Assembly: GCA_964481255.1 (NCBI GenBank)
Contig: CAYZTZ010000002.1
Location: 39,131-103,130 of the forward strand
Source: an uncultured Acidobacteriota bacterium
Lineage (GTDB): Bacteria; Acidobacteriota; UBA6911
Length of the DNA stretch: 64,000 nucleotides
Reading direction: 5' to 3'
Position numbers and translations under genes: made by a program. Positions 18,517-28,288 of the stretch are shown here, one piece after another. The notes beneath the pieces were generated by a model that did not search any database, was not told the DNA's origin, and saw only the letters and a list, made by a program, of their open reading frames with translations. The first letter of the stretch is position 1. The number at the start of each line of letters is the position of its first letter.

Positions 18517-19446
18517 TTGATCTCGACAGTCATCGCGAACTGGAACAGCGGGCGTCTCCTCGAGAACTGCGTGCGCTCCCTGCTGCAAAACGCGGGGAAA
18601 TGCCAAATCGTCGTCGTGGATAACGCATCCGAGGACTCCAGCCTGCAGTTCGCCCGCGATACCGGGGCGGACCTGCTGATACTGCGAAACGAAAGGAACC
18701 TGGGTTTCGCCGCGGCCAACAACATCGGCTGGCGCGCCGCGCGCGGGACTTTCATCCTGTTCCTGAATCCGGACACGGAATGCCTCCCGGGTTCCGTCGA
18801 TTGTCTGCGCGGGACCCTGGCGGCGGACCGTCGCGTCTGGGCGGCGGGGGGGTGTCTTGTGAGCCTTTCCGGACAATCCCAGGCGGAGTTCAACGTAAGG
18901 GCCTTCCCGACCGTTGAGAGCGTGGCGGCGACGATGCTCTTTCTCGATAAAATATGGCCGAAGCATCCCTGGTCGGCCGGATGCGCTTCGCCCCCCGGCG
19001 GCGCCGCGGTGGACGTCGACCAGCCCGCAGGCGCCTGCCTGATGGTCTCGCGGGACGCGCTGGAGCTTCTCGGAGGCTTCGATGAAAGCTTCGCGCCCGC
19101 CTGGTTTGAGGACGTGGATCTCTGCCGCCGCATTTGGGATCGGGGCGGCCGGATCCAGTATCAGCCGGCCGCGCGCTTCCTGCACCACGGCGGCTATAGC
19201 CTCGGCCTCCTGTCCCAGCGGGATTTTCTCCGATTCTTTCATGCGAATCAGCTCCGGTATTTCCACAAGCACTTCGGCCCCGCGGCGGCGCGCCGCGTCC
19301 GGCGATGGATCGTGCTGGGCCTTTGTCTGCGCAGCGCACTCTCGCTGGCCTGCGCTTCCGAGCCCGGGAAATCAAGGCTGTCCTCGGCAAGGAGCTATCG
19401 GGCGGCGGCCCGGGACATTCTTCGGTCGGAGGAGGCGCAGGGATGA
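18517..19446 (+). CDS. Glycosyltransferase family 2
   Basis: TTG start. Contains VIANWNSG, VVDNASEDSS, RNLGFAAANN and WFEDVDLCRR. Confidence 0.8.
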   Translation: MISTVIANWNSGRLLENCVRSLLQNAGKCQIVVVDNASEDSSLQFARDTGADLLILRNERNLGFAAANNIGWRAARGTFILFLNPDTECLPGSVDCLRGTLAADRRVWAAGGCLVSLSGQSQAEFNVRAFPTVESVAATMLFLDKIWPKHPWSAGCASPPGGAAVDVDQPAGACLMVSRDALELLGGFDESFAPAWFEDVDLCRRIWDRGGRIQYQPAARFLHHGGYSLGLLSQRDFLRFFHANQLRYFHKHFGPAAARRVRRWIVLGLCLRSALSLACASEPGKSRLSSARSYRAAARDILRSEEAQG

Positions 19447-20495
19447 ACGACAGGCTGCTGGTCAGCATCGTGACTTTTAATTCCGGCCCTTATCTCAAGG
19501 CCTGCCTGCAGAGTCTGCAGGAGCAGACTTTCCGGGGCTTTAAAATCGTTCTCTGGGACAACGCTTCCACCGACAACAGCCGCGCCATAGTGTCGGAATG
19601 CCGCCATCTTCTGGCGTACACCCGTTTCTCGGAAGAGAATGTCGGATTCTGCGCGGCCCAGAACCGGCTGATTGCGGCGTCATCTTCCGATTACGTCCTG
19701 GTGCTGAATCCGGATGTCGTTCTTGACAAACGGTTCCTGGAAATCCTGATTCGCGAAATGGACGCCGATGAAAGCGCCGGGGCCGCGACCGGAAAGCTTT
19801 GGCGCCTGGAGCAGGATGCCTTCGACCCCGAAACCTCTGCTGAGCCGCGAGAGTCGCGCAGCAAGATCCTGGACAGCACCGGAATGTATCTGACCCCCGC
19901 ACAGCGTCATTTCGACAGGGGTTCGGGCGAGATCGATACAGGGCAGTACGACCGGCGCGCCTATGTCTTCGGGGCCACCGGTGCGGCGGCCCTGTACCGG
20001 CGGATCATGCTGGAGGACATCCGGAACGGGAGCCAGTATTTTGACGAGAGCTTTTTCTACTATCGCGAGGACGCGGATCTGGCATGGAGGTCCCAGTGGA
20101 TGGGGTGGCGCTGCCTTTATGTTCCCGAGGCAACGGGATATCACGCACGACGGGTGTTGCCCCAAAGACGCTCCTTGCTTCCCGGCGCGATCAACATGCA
20201 CTCCTTCAAGAACCGCTTTCTCCTGCGCATCAAAAACATGGACCTCGGCACCTATGCCCGCTTTTTCATCCCGATTACGCTGCGCGACGCCGGAAGCGTC
20301 GCGTATGTTTTAACGCGGGAATGGTCGTCGCTTCCCGGCATACGTCTCCTTATCCGCGCCTTGCCCGACGCGTGGGCCCAGCGAAAATCCCTGCAGCGCC
20401 GCCGGAGAGTTTCCCCGCGCGACGTGCGCTCCTGGATCTCGTATCGTCCCGTGGTGAAGGAAATCGCCATAAAGGACCGCGCCGACGGGCCTTGA
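19443..20495 (+). CDS. Glycosyltransferase family 2
   Basis: ATGA overlap with the upstream gene. Contains VSIVTFNSGPYL, WDNASTDNS, ENVGFCAAQN and YREDADLAWR. The 396-aa track ORF is over-extended. Confidence 0.8.
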   Translation: MNDRLLVSIVTFNSGPYLKACLQSLQEQTFRGFKIVLWDNASTDNSRAIVSECRHLLAYTRFSEENVGFCAAQNRLIAASSSDYVLVLNPDVVLDKRFLEILIREMDADESAGAATGKLWRLEQDAFDPETSAEPRESRSKILDSTGMYLTPAQRHFDRGSGEIDTGQYDRRAYVFGATGAAALYRRIMLEDIRNGSQYFDESFFYYREDADLAWRSQWMGWRCLYVPEATGYHARRVLPQRRSLLPGAINMHSFKNRFLLRIKNMDLGTYARFFIPITLRDAGSVAYVLTREWSSLPGIRLLIRALPDAWAQRKSLQRRRRVSPRDVRSWISYRPVVKEIAIKDRADGP

Positions 20496-20520
20496 AGCCC
20501 GGCGGCCCGCGGGGTCCGGT

Positions 20521-21567
20521 TCAGCAAAGCCTCAGATCCGCGCAGGCGTTCAGGGCAAGATCCGGGGGCCGGGGATTCAGCAGCTTCGGCGTGCCGGCGG
20601 CGGCTATCATGACCGCGTTATCCGTGGTCAGCATGGGGCTGGGATAGTAGACCCGCGCCGGGGGTGAGCCGTCTTCCTTGCGGCCTTTTCCCTCGAAGGT
20701 TTCCTTGAACGCCCGCCGCAGAAGGCTATTGCAGGCGACCCCCCCCACCAGCAGGATGGAACGCGGCGCGAGCCGGGACTGAGCCCTTCGGGTCTGCAGG
20801 ACGAGTGTGTCGACGATCGCCTTCTGATAGCTGGCCACAAGATCCAGGGTCCTTTGCGCGATCCTCCCGCCGGGGCGCCGCGGTCTGATGCCTGTCTGCT
20901 GAATGTGGCGCAGCGCCGCGGTCTTGAACCCGCTGAAACTGAAATCCAGGCTGCCGTCGCTGATCTTGGGTATGGAAAAGTGAAAACGGCCGGCGTCGCC
21001 GTGTCGTGAAAGCTTGTCGATGACCGGTCCTCCGGGGTAGCCCAGGCCGAGGAATTTGGCGATCTTATCCATAGCCTCGCCAGCGGCGTCGTCGCGCGTG
21101 CGCCCCACGGATTCGTATATGCCCGGTCCGGTCGAATAGACGAGAGAGGTGTGCCCCCCGGACACAATCAAAGCCAGCAATGGATATTCGATCTCAGGGT
21201 TTTCCACGAAAGCCGAAAAGATGTGCCCCTCCAGGTGATTCACCGGCACCAGAGGTTTTTGGAGGGAAAAGGCCATGGCCTTTGCGAAGGAGAGCCCCAC
21301 CAGAAGGGAACCGATAAGACCGGGGCCCTGGGTGACGGCGATCCCGTCGATGTCTCTGTAAGACTTGCCGGCATCCTCGAAGGCCCGCCGGACCACGTAC
21401 CCGATATTGCGCAGATGTTCGCGGCTGGCCAGTTCCGGGACCACTCCGCCGAAGCTGCGGTGCGTCGGGACTTGCGATGCCACAATCGTGGAAAGGACGC
21501 GGCGCCCGTCTTCAACGAGGGCGGCGGCCGTTTCATCGCACGACGATTCTATTCCCAGGACCAGCAT
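20521..21567 (-). CDS. tsaD: tRNA N6-adenosine threonylcarbamoyltransferase
   Basis: MLVLGIESSCDETAAALVEDGR, HLEGHIF and the GGVACN motifs of Kae1/TsaD. Confidence 0.95.
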   Translation of the reverse strand: MLVLGIESSCDETAAALVEDGRRVLSTIVASQVPTHRSFGGVVPELASREHLRNIGYVVRRAFEDAGKSYRDIDGIAVTQGPGLIGSLLVGLSFAKAMAFSLQKPLVPVNHLEGHIFSAFVENPEIEYPLLALIVSGGHTSLVYSTGPGIYESVGRTRDDAAGEAMDKIAKFLGLGYPGGPVIDKLSRHGDAGRFHFSIPKISDGSLDFSFSGFKTAALRHIQQTGIRPRRPGGRIAQRTLDLVASYQKAIVDTLVLQTRRAQSRLAPRSILLVGGVACNSLLRRAFKETFEGKGRKEDGSPPARVYYPSPMLTTDNAVMIAAAGTPKLLNPRPPDLALNACADLRLC

Positions 21568-21599
21568 GACAGCGGACTTCTTCCCTCACGGTGCGCGCC

Positions 21600-22649
21600 T
21601 CACGACCGCAGTTCCGCGAGAGACTCGCGGAAAGGCGGCCGGGCTATGCCCCGCTCGGTGATTATGGCGCGGACATAGCGATGCGGCGTGACATCGAAAG
21701 CCGGGTGGGCCGCCGGGACGCCCGGCGGCGTGATCAAAACGCCCTTGATCCTGCGGACCTCCTCGGGATCCCTCTCCTCAATGGGAATGCCGCCGCCGTC
21801 CGGGATCGCGGGGTCCAGGGTGGATAGCGGCGCGGCGACATAAAAGGGCACTCCGTTCTCCTTCGCGAGAACGGCCACGGAATAGGTCCCGATTTTGTTG
21901 GCGACGTCCCCGTTGGCCGCGATCCGGTCGGCGCCGACGACGACGCAGTCGATGACGCCCTTCTGCATAAAGTAGCCTGCCATATTGTCCGCGATGACCG
22001 TCACCGGGATGCCGTCCCTCTGCAGTTCCCACGCGGTCAGCCGCGCCCCCTGAAGGAAAGGCCGCGTCTCGTCGGCGAAGACATGTATCTTCCTCCCGGC
22101 CTCCACGGCAGCCCGGATCACGCCGAGCGCCGTCCCATAGCCGGCTGTGGCGAGAGCGCCGGCGTTGCAGTGCGTCAAAACATGACCTCTCTCCGGAATC
22201 AGTTCCCGCCCCAGGCGGCCGATTCTCCGGTTGATCTCGATATCCTCGGCATGCATCCCGCGCGCCTCGCGGATCAGGCCGGAGCGGACGGCCTGGATCC
22301 CCTGCGGGCGCCATCGTTCGTAAGCCCTCTTCATCCGCTCGACGGCCCAAAAAAGATTGACAGCCGTGGGACGCGTGGCCCGCATTTCCGAGCAGACCCG
22401 CTCGAAAAGCGCGTCCATCTCACGGGCGTCGGCGGGGCCGGCATCCTGCATTCCGAGGGCGATCCCCATCGCCGCGGCGATACCGATCGCGGGGGCTCCG
22501 CGGATCACCATGCTGCGGATCGCCTCGGCGACCTCCCCGTGCCGCGTGCAGGTGCGATAGATCTCCTCGTCCGGCAGCAGCCGCTGATCCAGCATCACCA
22601 CGCCGGAATCCGTCCACTCGATCGTTCGTATCATCGGGATCCTCGACAA
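21600..22649 (-). CDS. mtnA: S-methyl-5-thioribose-1-phosphate isomerase
   Basis: 349 aa. Contains [28 protein letters not shown] and [20 protein letters not shown]. Confidence 0.9.
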   Translation of the reverse strand: MSRIPMIRTIEWTDSGVVMLDQRLLPDEEIYRTCTRHGEVAEAIRSMVIRGAPAIGIAAAMGIALGMQDAGPADAREMDALFERVCSEMRATRPTAVNLFWAVERMKRAYERWRPQGIQAVRSGLIREARGMHAEDIEINRRIGRLGRELIPERGHVLTHCNAGALATAGYGTALGVIRAAVEAGRKIHVFADETRPFLQGARLTAWELQRDGIPVTVIADNMAGYFMQKGVIDCVVVGADRIAANGDVANKIGTYSVAVLAKENGVPFYVAAPLSTLDPAIPDGGGIPIEERDPEEVRRIKGVLITPPGVPAAHPAFDVTPHRYVRAIITERGIARPPFRESLAELRS

Positions 22650-22761
22650 AGGCGAAGTCTAGCCCAACGGGCATGGTTTTGGAAGGGGCGCCGCGCCCTT
22701 CGGAAGCTGCCTCGCACCAGGACCAGCCGGACCGCGGATAAGATTCCTGCGGCGGATTTTA

Positions 22762-22791
22762 TTGACAGGAGCCGCGATCTGATGGTATAAA
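22762..22791 (+). promoter_or_regulatory. Near-consensus sigma70-type promoter: TTGACA, 18 nt spacer, TGgTATAAA
   Basis: TTGACA at 22762-22767, TG at 22783-22784, TATAAA at 22786-22791. It lies immediately upstream of the cobalamin riboswitch. Confidence 0.55.
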
Positions 22792-22809
22792 AATATTTTT
22801 ATGGATCTC

Positions 22810-23002
22810 TGAAAAGCGAACCGAGGTGCCCCGATCGGGGTTAAAAGGGAAGTGGGTGAAAATCCCACACGGTCCCGCCACTGTAATCGGAAAGCCCGGC
22901 GCCTGCGGCCCTTGATATCCGGAGGGCCCGCCACTCGTTTGAAATCCAGGACGGGGAAGGTGAGACGCCCGGCGACGACCCGTAAGTCAGGAAACCTGCC
23001 TC
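22810..23002 (+). promoter_or_regulatory. Cobalamin (B12) riboswitch
   Basis: Conserved core GGTGCC...TTAAAAGGGAAGTGGGTGAAAATCCCACACGGTCCCGCCACTGTAA, a GGGAAGG segment, and the B12 box AGTCAGGAAACCTGCC at 22985-23000. It sits in the leader of a btuF/C/D plus TonB-receptor operon. A 6-bp hairpin at 23020-23038 lies next to the start codon. Confidence 0.85.
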
Positions 23003-23044
23003 TTCGCCCGTTTCAGCCAACTCTTCGCGAGAAAGAGTCCTGAA

Positions 23045-24049
23045 ATGCAGTCTCAAATCCGCAGCACCCGCAAATCGCAAGCTCCCCGTGAAAGGCCGTC
23101 CGCCTCAAGCGCCGCGAGGCGTTTCCGCCTTATGATGTCTGCAATCCTGCTCTTGTCCTGCGCATCGGAGACAGGATGTCGAGACCCGCGCGGCGACGAT
23201 CGGACGGTTTCGCGGCTGAGCCCCGGCGAGGCGGGGCGGGCAATCTACACGGACGGCATCGGCAGGAAAGTGCAGATCCCCAGGCATCCGCGGCGCATCA
23301 TATCCCTGGCTCCGGATGTGACGGAGACCCTGTATCTCCTCGGGGCCGGCGACCGGCTCGTCGGCAACACCACCCAGTGCAACTGGCCCGAGGCGGCGAA
23401 ATCCAAACCTAAAGTGGGCGACCTGCTCAATCCCAACTATGAAGTCATTCTGGCCGCCAACCCCGACCTTGTGATTTCGTCCACTGCGGGCAACGACCGC
23501 GCGGCGGTGATGAAGCTTGTGGATCTGGGAGTCCCGGTTTACGTGGTCGCGCCGCGCACCGTGCAGAGGATCTTCCAATCCGTGGAGGACATCGGGCGCA
23601 TCACGGATTGCGCCGACCGCGGTTTTCAATTGGTCGCCGAGATGAAAGAGCGGCTGGAAAAAATCCGCAGCCGCATTAACGGTCTCCCCAGGGTTCGCGC
23701 CTTTTTCATTACGTGGTTCGACCCGCTGCTGGCCCCGGGGAAGGACACATTTGAAAACGACGTGCTGAGCCTCGCGGGCGTGACCTCGATTACGGCCGAT
23801 ATCCCGCAGTTTTACCCGCGGTACAGCCTCGAACAACTGCTGGTCCAGGATCCGGACGCCATTCTCACCGTCCGGCAGGAGGGTAATCCCATTCCCGATT
23901 TCAGAAGGATCGCCGGATGGAAAGATCTGCGGGCCGTTCGCGAAGGGAGAGTCTATATCTTAACCGAATTCCTTCAGCACCCCTCGCCCTTGTTCGTCGA
24001 CGGGGTGGAGGAACTCGCGCGAAAGCTTTACCCGGAGCGTTTCCCATGA
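23045..24049 (+). CDS. btuF: Periplasmic substrate-binding protein of a cobalamin/siderophore-type ABC importer (BtuF-like)
   Basis: RIISLAPDVTETLYLLGAGDRLVG...NYEVILAANPDLVI is the typical Peripla_BP_2 signature. An alternative start at 23132 (MMSAILLLSCAS) would give a lipoprotein signal. Confidence 0.8.
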   Translation: MQSQIRSTRKSQAPRERPSASSAARRFRLMMSAILLLSCASETGCRDPRGDDRTVSRLSPGEAGRAIYTDGIGRKVQIPRHPRRIISLAPDVTETLYLLGAGDRLVGNTTQCNWPEAAKSKPKVGDLLNPNYEVILAANPDLVISSTAGNDRAAVMKLVDLGVPVYVVAPRTVQRIFQSVEDIGRITDCADRGFQLVAEMKERLEKIRSRINGLPRVRAFFITWFDPLLAPGKDTFENDVLSLAGVTSITADIPQFYPRYSLEQLLVQDPDAILTVRQEGNPIPDFRRIAGWKDLRAVREGRVYILTEFLQHPSPLFVDGVEELARKLYPERFP

Positions 24050-25098
24050 ACCGTCTTTCGGGGATGAAAATCATCGTTGTGAACCTTTCGCTGCTGGGCG
24101 TCTGGTTCGCAGCGGCCGTGCTTTCCCTGAATGTCGGAAGCGTGTCCATCCCGGTCCGCACAACGCTGCGGCTCGCGCTCCTTTCCCTGACGGGGAGCGG
24201 CCCCGGCGGCGACCCTCTTGAATCCGTGCTTTTTTCCGTCCGGCTCCCCCGCGTTCTGCTGGGTTCCCTGGTCGGGGCCGGGCTGGCCGTCGCCGGAGCA
24301 GCCTTCCAATCCCTGCTGCGAAATCCTCTGGCGGATCCCTATGTACTCGGCGTGTCCACGGGGGCATCCATGGGCACGATCCTCTACTCCATTTTCGCCG
24401 GATGGATGGGAGTCGCTTCCGCCGGCGCGGGCTTCGTCTACGGGCGCCCGGTTGCCGCTTTCCTGGGAGCCGTCCTGACGATTGCTGCCGTGTACGCTGT
24501 GGCGGCGGGGTCGCGCCGCGGAGGGGAAAGTTCGCAAAACCTGCTGCTCGCGGGCATCATCCTGGCGTCCTTCCTCTCCTCCATCAACGTCTTCCTCCTA
24601 ACCAGCACCCATCAGGCCGACCTGCGGGGAATATTTTACTGGCTTATCGGCGACCTGAGCCGGCCGGTGGACGCGTCGATCTACCCGGTGACCATCCTGG
24701 TTTTCGCGGGCTTTGCGATCCTCTACCTTTTTTCACACAGTCTGAACCTGATCGGAATGGGGGAAAACGATGCCATGATCCTCGGCGTCGAGGTGACAAG
24801 GGTCAAGGCCTGCGTCTATGTCGTTGCCTCGCTCGTGACGGGGGCGGTCGTGTCGGTGAGCGGACCCATCGCCTACATCGGGCTGATATGCCCGCACATG
24901 GGCCGTTTGATATTCGGCGGCGACAACCGCATCCTGTTTCCGGCCGTGTTCCTTTTCGGGGCCGTCTTCACTCTCCTGGCCGACACCCTGGCGCGGACTC
25001 TTCTCTCGCCGGCGGAGCTCCCCGTCGGCATCGTCACCGCGCTGTGCGGGGCCCCTCTATTCATTTACCTATTGCGCCGCAAAGGAGGACGCCCATGA
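24046..25098 (+). CDS. btuC: FecCD-family ABC permease (BtuC-like)
   Basis: ATGA overlap with btuF. About 9-10 TM helices. Contains RLPRVLLGSLVGAGLAVAGAAFQSLLRNPLADPYVLGVS. Confidence 0.85.
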   Translation: MNRLSGMKIIVVNLSLLGVWFAAAVLSLNVGSVSIPVRTTLRLALLSLTGSGPGGDPLESVLFSVRLPRVLLGSLVGAGLAVAGAAFQSLLRNPLADPYVLGVSTGASMGTILYSIFAGWMGVASAGAGFVYGRPVAAFLGAVLTIAAVYAVAAGSRRGGESSQNLLLAGIILASFLSSINVFLLTSTHQADLRGIFYWLIGDLSRPVDASIYPVTILVFAGFAILYLFSHSLNLIGMGENDAMILGVEVTRVKACVYVVASLVTGAVVSVSGPIAYIGLICPHMGRLIFGGDNRILFPAVFLFGAVFTLLADTLARTLLSPAELPVGIVTALCGAPLFIYLLRRKGGRP

Positions 25099-25904
25099 GC
25101 CGGCAAGACATCCTGCTGGAGGCCCGCCGGGTGAGTTTCGATTACCGCAGGCCGGTACTCCGCGACATCTCCTTCAGCCTTCAGGCGGGAATCATGACGG
25201 GGATCATCGGGCCTAACGGCTCCGGCAAGACAACGGTCCTGCGGCTTCTCAACGGCATGCTTTCCCCGCGCACCGGAGACGTGATTCTGGAGGGGAAGCG
25301 GTCTATCTCGCAGTTGAAGCGAAAGGAGATCGCGCGGCATATCGCGATGGTTCCCCAGAACGGGGGTGTTTACTATTATCAGACGGTCTTTCAGTTCGCC
25401 ATACAGGGCCGGGCGCCGCATCTTTCGCTCCTGGGATTTGAAAGCCCCGGCGATGAGGCCATCGCCCTGCAAGCCCTCGAAATGACCCAGCTGACCCGCT
25501 ACATAAACTCGCGCGTGTCGGAAATCTCCGGCGGCGAGAAGCAGCGCCTGCTGCTCGCGCGAGCCCTGGCTCAGCAAACGGAGATCCTGCTCCTCGACGA
25601 ATTCACCGCCAACCTCGACATAAACTATCAGGTCGAACTGATGCGCCTTGTCCGCCGGATTACGCGCGAAAGGAACCTCGCGACGCTTGTCGTCTCGCAC
25701 GAAATCAATCTCCTGGGAAGCTTCTGCGATCGGATTCTCCTCATGGGCGAGGGAACAATCCGCCACCAGGGCGCCGTTGCGGAGGTATTGACCCGAGAAA
25801 ACCTGAAATCGATCTTCGGGTTGGACTTCTCGATCCGGGCGCTGCCCGGCGATAAAGTCGAAATTCTGCCCGTCATCAACCATCAACAAGGAGTTGTCAT
25901 ATGA
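25095..25904 (+). CDS. btuD: ABC ATP-binding protein (BtuD/FecE-like)
   Basis: ATGA overlap with the permease gene. Walker A GPNGSGKTT, signature ISGGEKQR, Walker B ILLLDEFTANLD. Confidence 0.85.
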   Translation: MSRQDILLEARRVSFDYRRPVLRDISFSLQAGIMTGIIGPNGSGKTTVLRLLNGMLSPRTGDVILEGKRSISQLKRKEIARHIAMVPQNGGVYYYQTVFQFAIQGRAPHLSLLGFESPGDEAIALQALEMTQLTRYINSRVSEISGGEKQRLLLARALAQQTEILLLDEFTANLDINYQVELMRLVRRITRERNLATLVVSHEINLLGSFCDRILLMGEGTIRHQGAVAEVLTRENLKSIFGLDFSIRALPGDKVEILPVINHQQGVVI

Positions 25905-28159
25905 GATTTAGCAGTCTGTTGAGAAGCCTCTTTGTCGGCGCAGCCCTTGGCGCCGCTCCAGCGTGGGTTCCAATCCTTCCCGGGTCTTCTCCCGCGGATG
26001 CGTCGCCCGCGGAGACCCACAGGGTTTGGGGGATGGTCGTCGATCCCAGTGGAGCGCCGCTCCCGCGCGCCCGGATCGAGGTCCGCGATGCCCGGGGCGG
26101 GATCGTCGCCACAGCCCTTACCAACAGCCGGGGAGAATACGCACTGCAGTTGCCGCCGGGAAAATACAATCTGTCTGCGGCAATGGCGGGATTCGTCCCC
26201 ATCGCCGACCGCATCGTGGAAGTGCCTCTCGACGCGTCCCCCATCCGCCTGACGCTCGAAATCCCCTCGCCCCGGGAACTGGTCGTGGTCACGGCGACGC
26301 GGACGGAAACGCCGATGTCGCAAATAGGCAACAGCACAACGGTGCTTTCAGGCGAGGAGCTGGCTCTTCGAGGCGCATCCTCTGTGGCGGACGCCCTGCG
26401 GGCATTGGCGGGCGTTACGCTCGTGCAGAGCGGCGGCAGCGGCAGCATGACATCGATTTTCATGCGCGGGGGCGAATCGGATTACACCAAAATCCTTGTC
26501 GACGGGATACCGATGAACGAGCCGGGGGGCAGTTACAACCTGGCCTACCTGTCCACTTCCGGCATCGACCGCATCGAAGTGGTGCGGGGGCCGCAGAGTG
26601 CGCTCTTCGGGTCGGACGCCATCAGCGGGGTCATTCAAGTCTTCACCAAACGCGGCCGAAGCGAGGGATTGTCGCCCAGACCTTCCGTAATGATCGAGGG
26701 CGGCACCTACGCGACTCTTCGTTACGGAGGCGGGCTGGAGGGGAGCAACGACCGGATGGACTACGCGGTTTCGTTCTTCCGCACCGACACCGACAACGAT
26801 GTCGCCAACGGCTCTTTCAATGAAACAACCTTCGCCGGGAACCTGGGGCTTCAGCTTTCCCGAAAAGCCGAGCTGAGAGCTGTTTTCCGGAGCGAAGCGG
26901 GCCGCTCCGGCGTCCCCGGCCCCTGGGCTTTTGAGCGTCCGGATCCCGATGCCTACTACCGCCGCAGAGACGTGTCCGGTTCGCTCACGCTGACCCATTT
27001 TCAGACGCCCGCCTGGACGCACAGAGTTTCGTACACGGTGAACGACTCGTACCAGCTTTCGGCCAACCCTCTGGATTCGGGGAGTTACACTCCGCAATAC
27101 CAGGGCCGCGTCGCGCCCTTCCCGTTTTCGGACTGGGTTTATGAAAGCCTCAACCAGACGCGCCGCCAGAAAGCGAACTATCAAAGCGACCTGGTCATGC
27201 CTTCGGGGCATCTGTTGACAGTGGGCGCGGACTACGAGCACGAGTCCGGCGTCGTCGGCGACCCGGCGCTGAACCCCGCTTCCGTGACGCGGGACAACTA
27301 CGGAGTGTACCTGCAGGATCAATGGTCGCTGAAAAACCGGTTTTTCGCAGCGGCCGGGGTCCGGCTGGACCATAACGAAAGCTTTGGGTTTTACGCCTCT
27401 CCCCGCGTTTCTCTCGCTCTGCTGGTGCGTCAGCCCGGCGCCGCTTCAGCCTGGGGAACGACCAAAATCAAGGCGAATTTCGGGCTGGGGATCAAGGAGC
27501 CGACCCTTCTTGAGTCCTACAGCACCTCCATATACTACCAAGGCAATCCGGACCTTCGCCCGGAAAAGACCGTCGGCTTCGACGCGGGCATCGAACAGCA
27601 GTTCCATTCCGGACGCGGCACACTGGAGCTGACTTATTTCCAGAACCAGTTCCGAGATCAGATCGGCTTCTCCATCACCGATTACTCGACGTTCGCGGGG
27701 TCCTTTTTCAACATCGGCAAATCGCGCGCCCGCGGGCTGGAGGTCTCGTTGCGCCGCGAGATGGGGTGGAACCTGGAAATGGGCGGCTCTTACACATTCC
27801 TGGATTCGGAAGTGCTGGAAGCCTCGATCACTTCCGATCCCGCGTTCGCCAAGGGACAGGAGCTTTTCCGCAGGCCGCGCCACTCCGGCAGTCTCGACCT
27901 GCGGTGGAGACCCGGACGCCTGACTCTGGGCGCCAACGCCCTGCTGGTCGGCTCGCGGGTCGATTCCGACTTCTCCGGGCTGAACATCACGCGCAATGAG
28001 GGATATTCCCTGCTCAACCTTATGGTGAATTTCAGGCTGATTGGCGGCACGTCCTTGTTCGCCGCCGTCAACAACGTCACCGACGAGTGGTACATGGAGG
28101 CTCTGGGCTATCCGGCGCTCGGCAGACATTTCCGGGCCGGTCTGCTCGCCGGATTCTAA
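25901..28159 (+). CDS. TonB-dependent receptor with an N-terminal carboxypeptidase-regulatory-like domain (BtuB-like role inferred)
   Basis: ATGA overlap with the ATPase gene. Signal peptide present. CarbopepD_reg-like segment VWGMVVDPSGAPLPRARIEVRD...NSRGEYALQLPPGKYNLSA. Plug domain ADALRALAGVTLVQSGG...FMRGGESDYTKILVDGIPMN. The protein ends in an aromatic residue (LLAGF). Confidence 0.9.
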   Translation: MRFSSLLRSLFVGAALGAAPAWVPILPGSSPADASPAETHRVWGMVVDPSGAPLPRARIEVRDARGGIVATALTNSRGEYALQLPPGKYNLSAAMAGFVPIADRIVEVPLDASPIRLTLEIPSPRELVVVTATRTETPMSQIGNSTTVLSGEELALRGASSVADALRALAGVTLVQSGGSGSMTSIFMRGGESDYTKILVDGIPMNEPGGSYNLAYLSTSGIDRIEVVRGPQSALFGSDAISGVIQVFTKRGRSEGLSPRPSVMIEGGTYATLRYGGGLEGSNDRMDYAVSFFRTDTDNDVANGSFNETTFAGNLGLQLSRKAELRAVFRSEAGRSGVPGPWAFERPDPDAYYRRRDVSGSLTLTHFQTPAWTHRVSYTVNDSYQLSANPLDSGSYTPQYQGRVAPFPFSDWVYESLNQTRRQKANYQSDLVMPSGHLLTVGADYEHESGVVGDPALNPASVTRDNYGVYLQDQWSLKNRFFAAAGVRLDHNESFGFYASPRVSLALLVRQPGAASAWGTTKIKANFGLGIKEPTLLESYSTSIYYQGNPDLRPEKTVGFDAGIEQQFHSGRGTLELTYFQNQFRDQIGFSITDYSTFAGSFFNIGKSRARGLEVSLRREMGWNLEMGGSYTFLDSEVLEASITSDPAFAKGQELFRRPRHSGSLDLRWRPGRLTLGANALLVGSRVDSDFSGLNITRNEGYSLLNLMVNFRLIGGTSLFAAVNNVTDEWYMEALGYPALGRHFRAGLLAGF

Positions 28160-28288
28160 CGACGGCGGTCCGCCCCTTGATGAAAAAAGCCGGCCGCTGA
28201 TCCGGAGTATTTCACGGGGGTATTCGCTCCAGGGATGCGCTGCGGCATGGCCTTCAAGGCCTATTTCTGATAGAAATAGATTCTGAAT

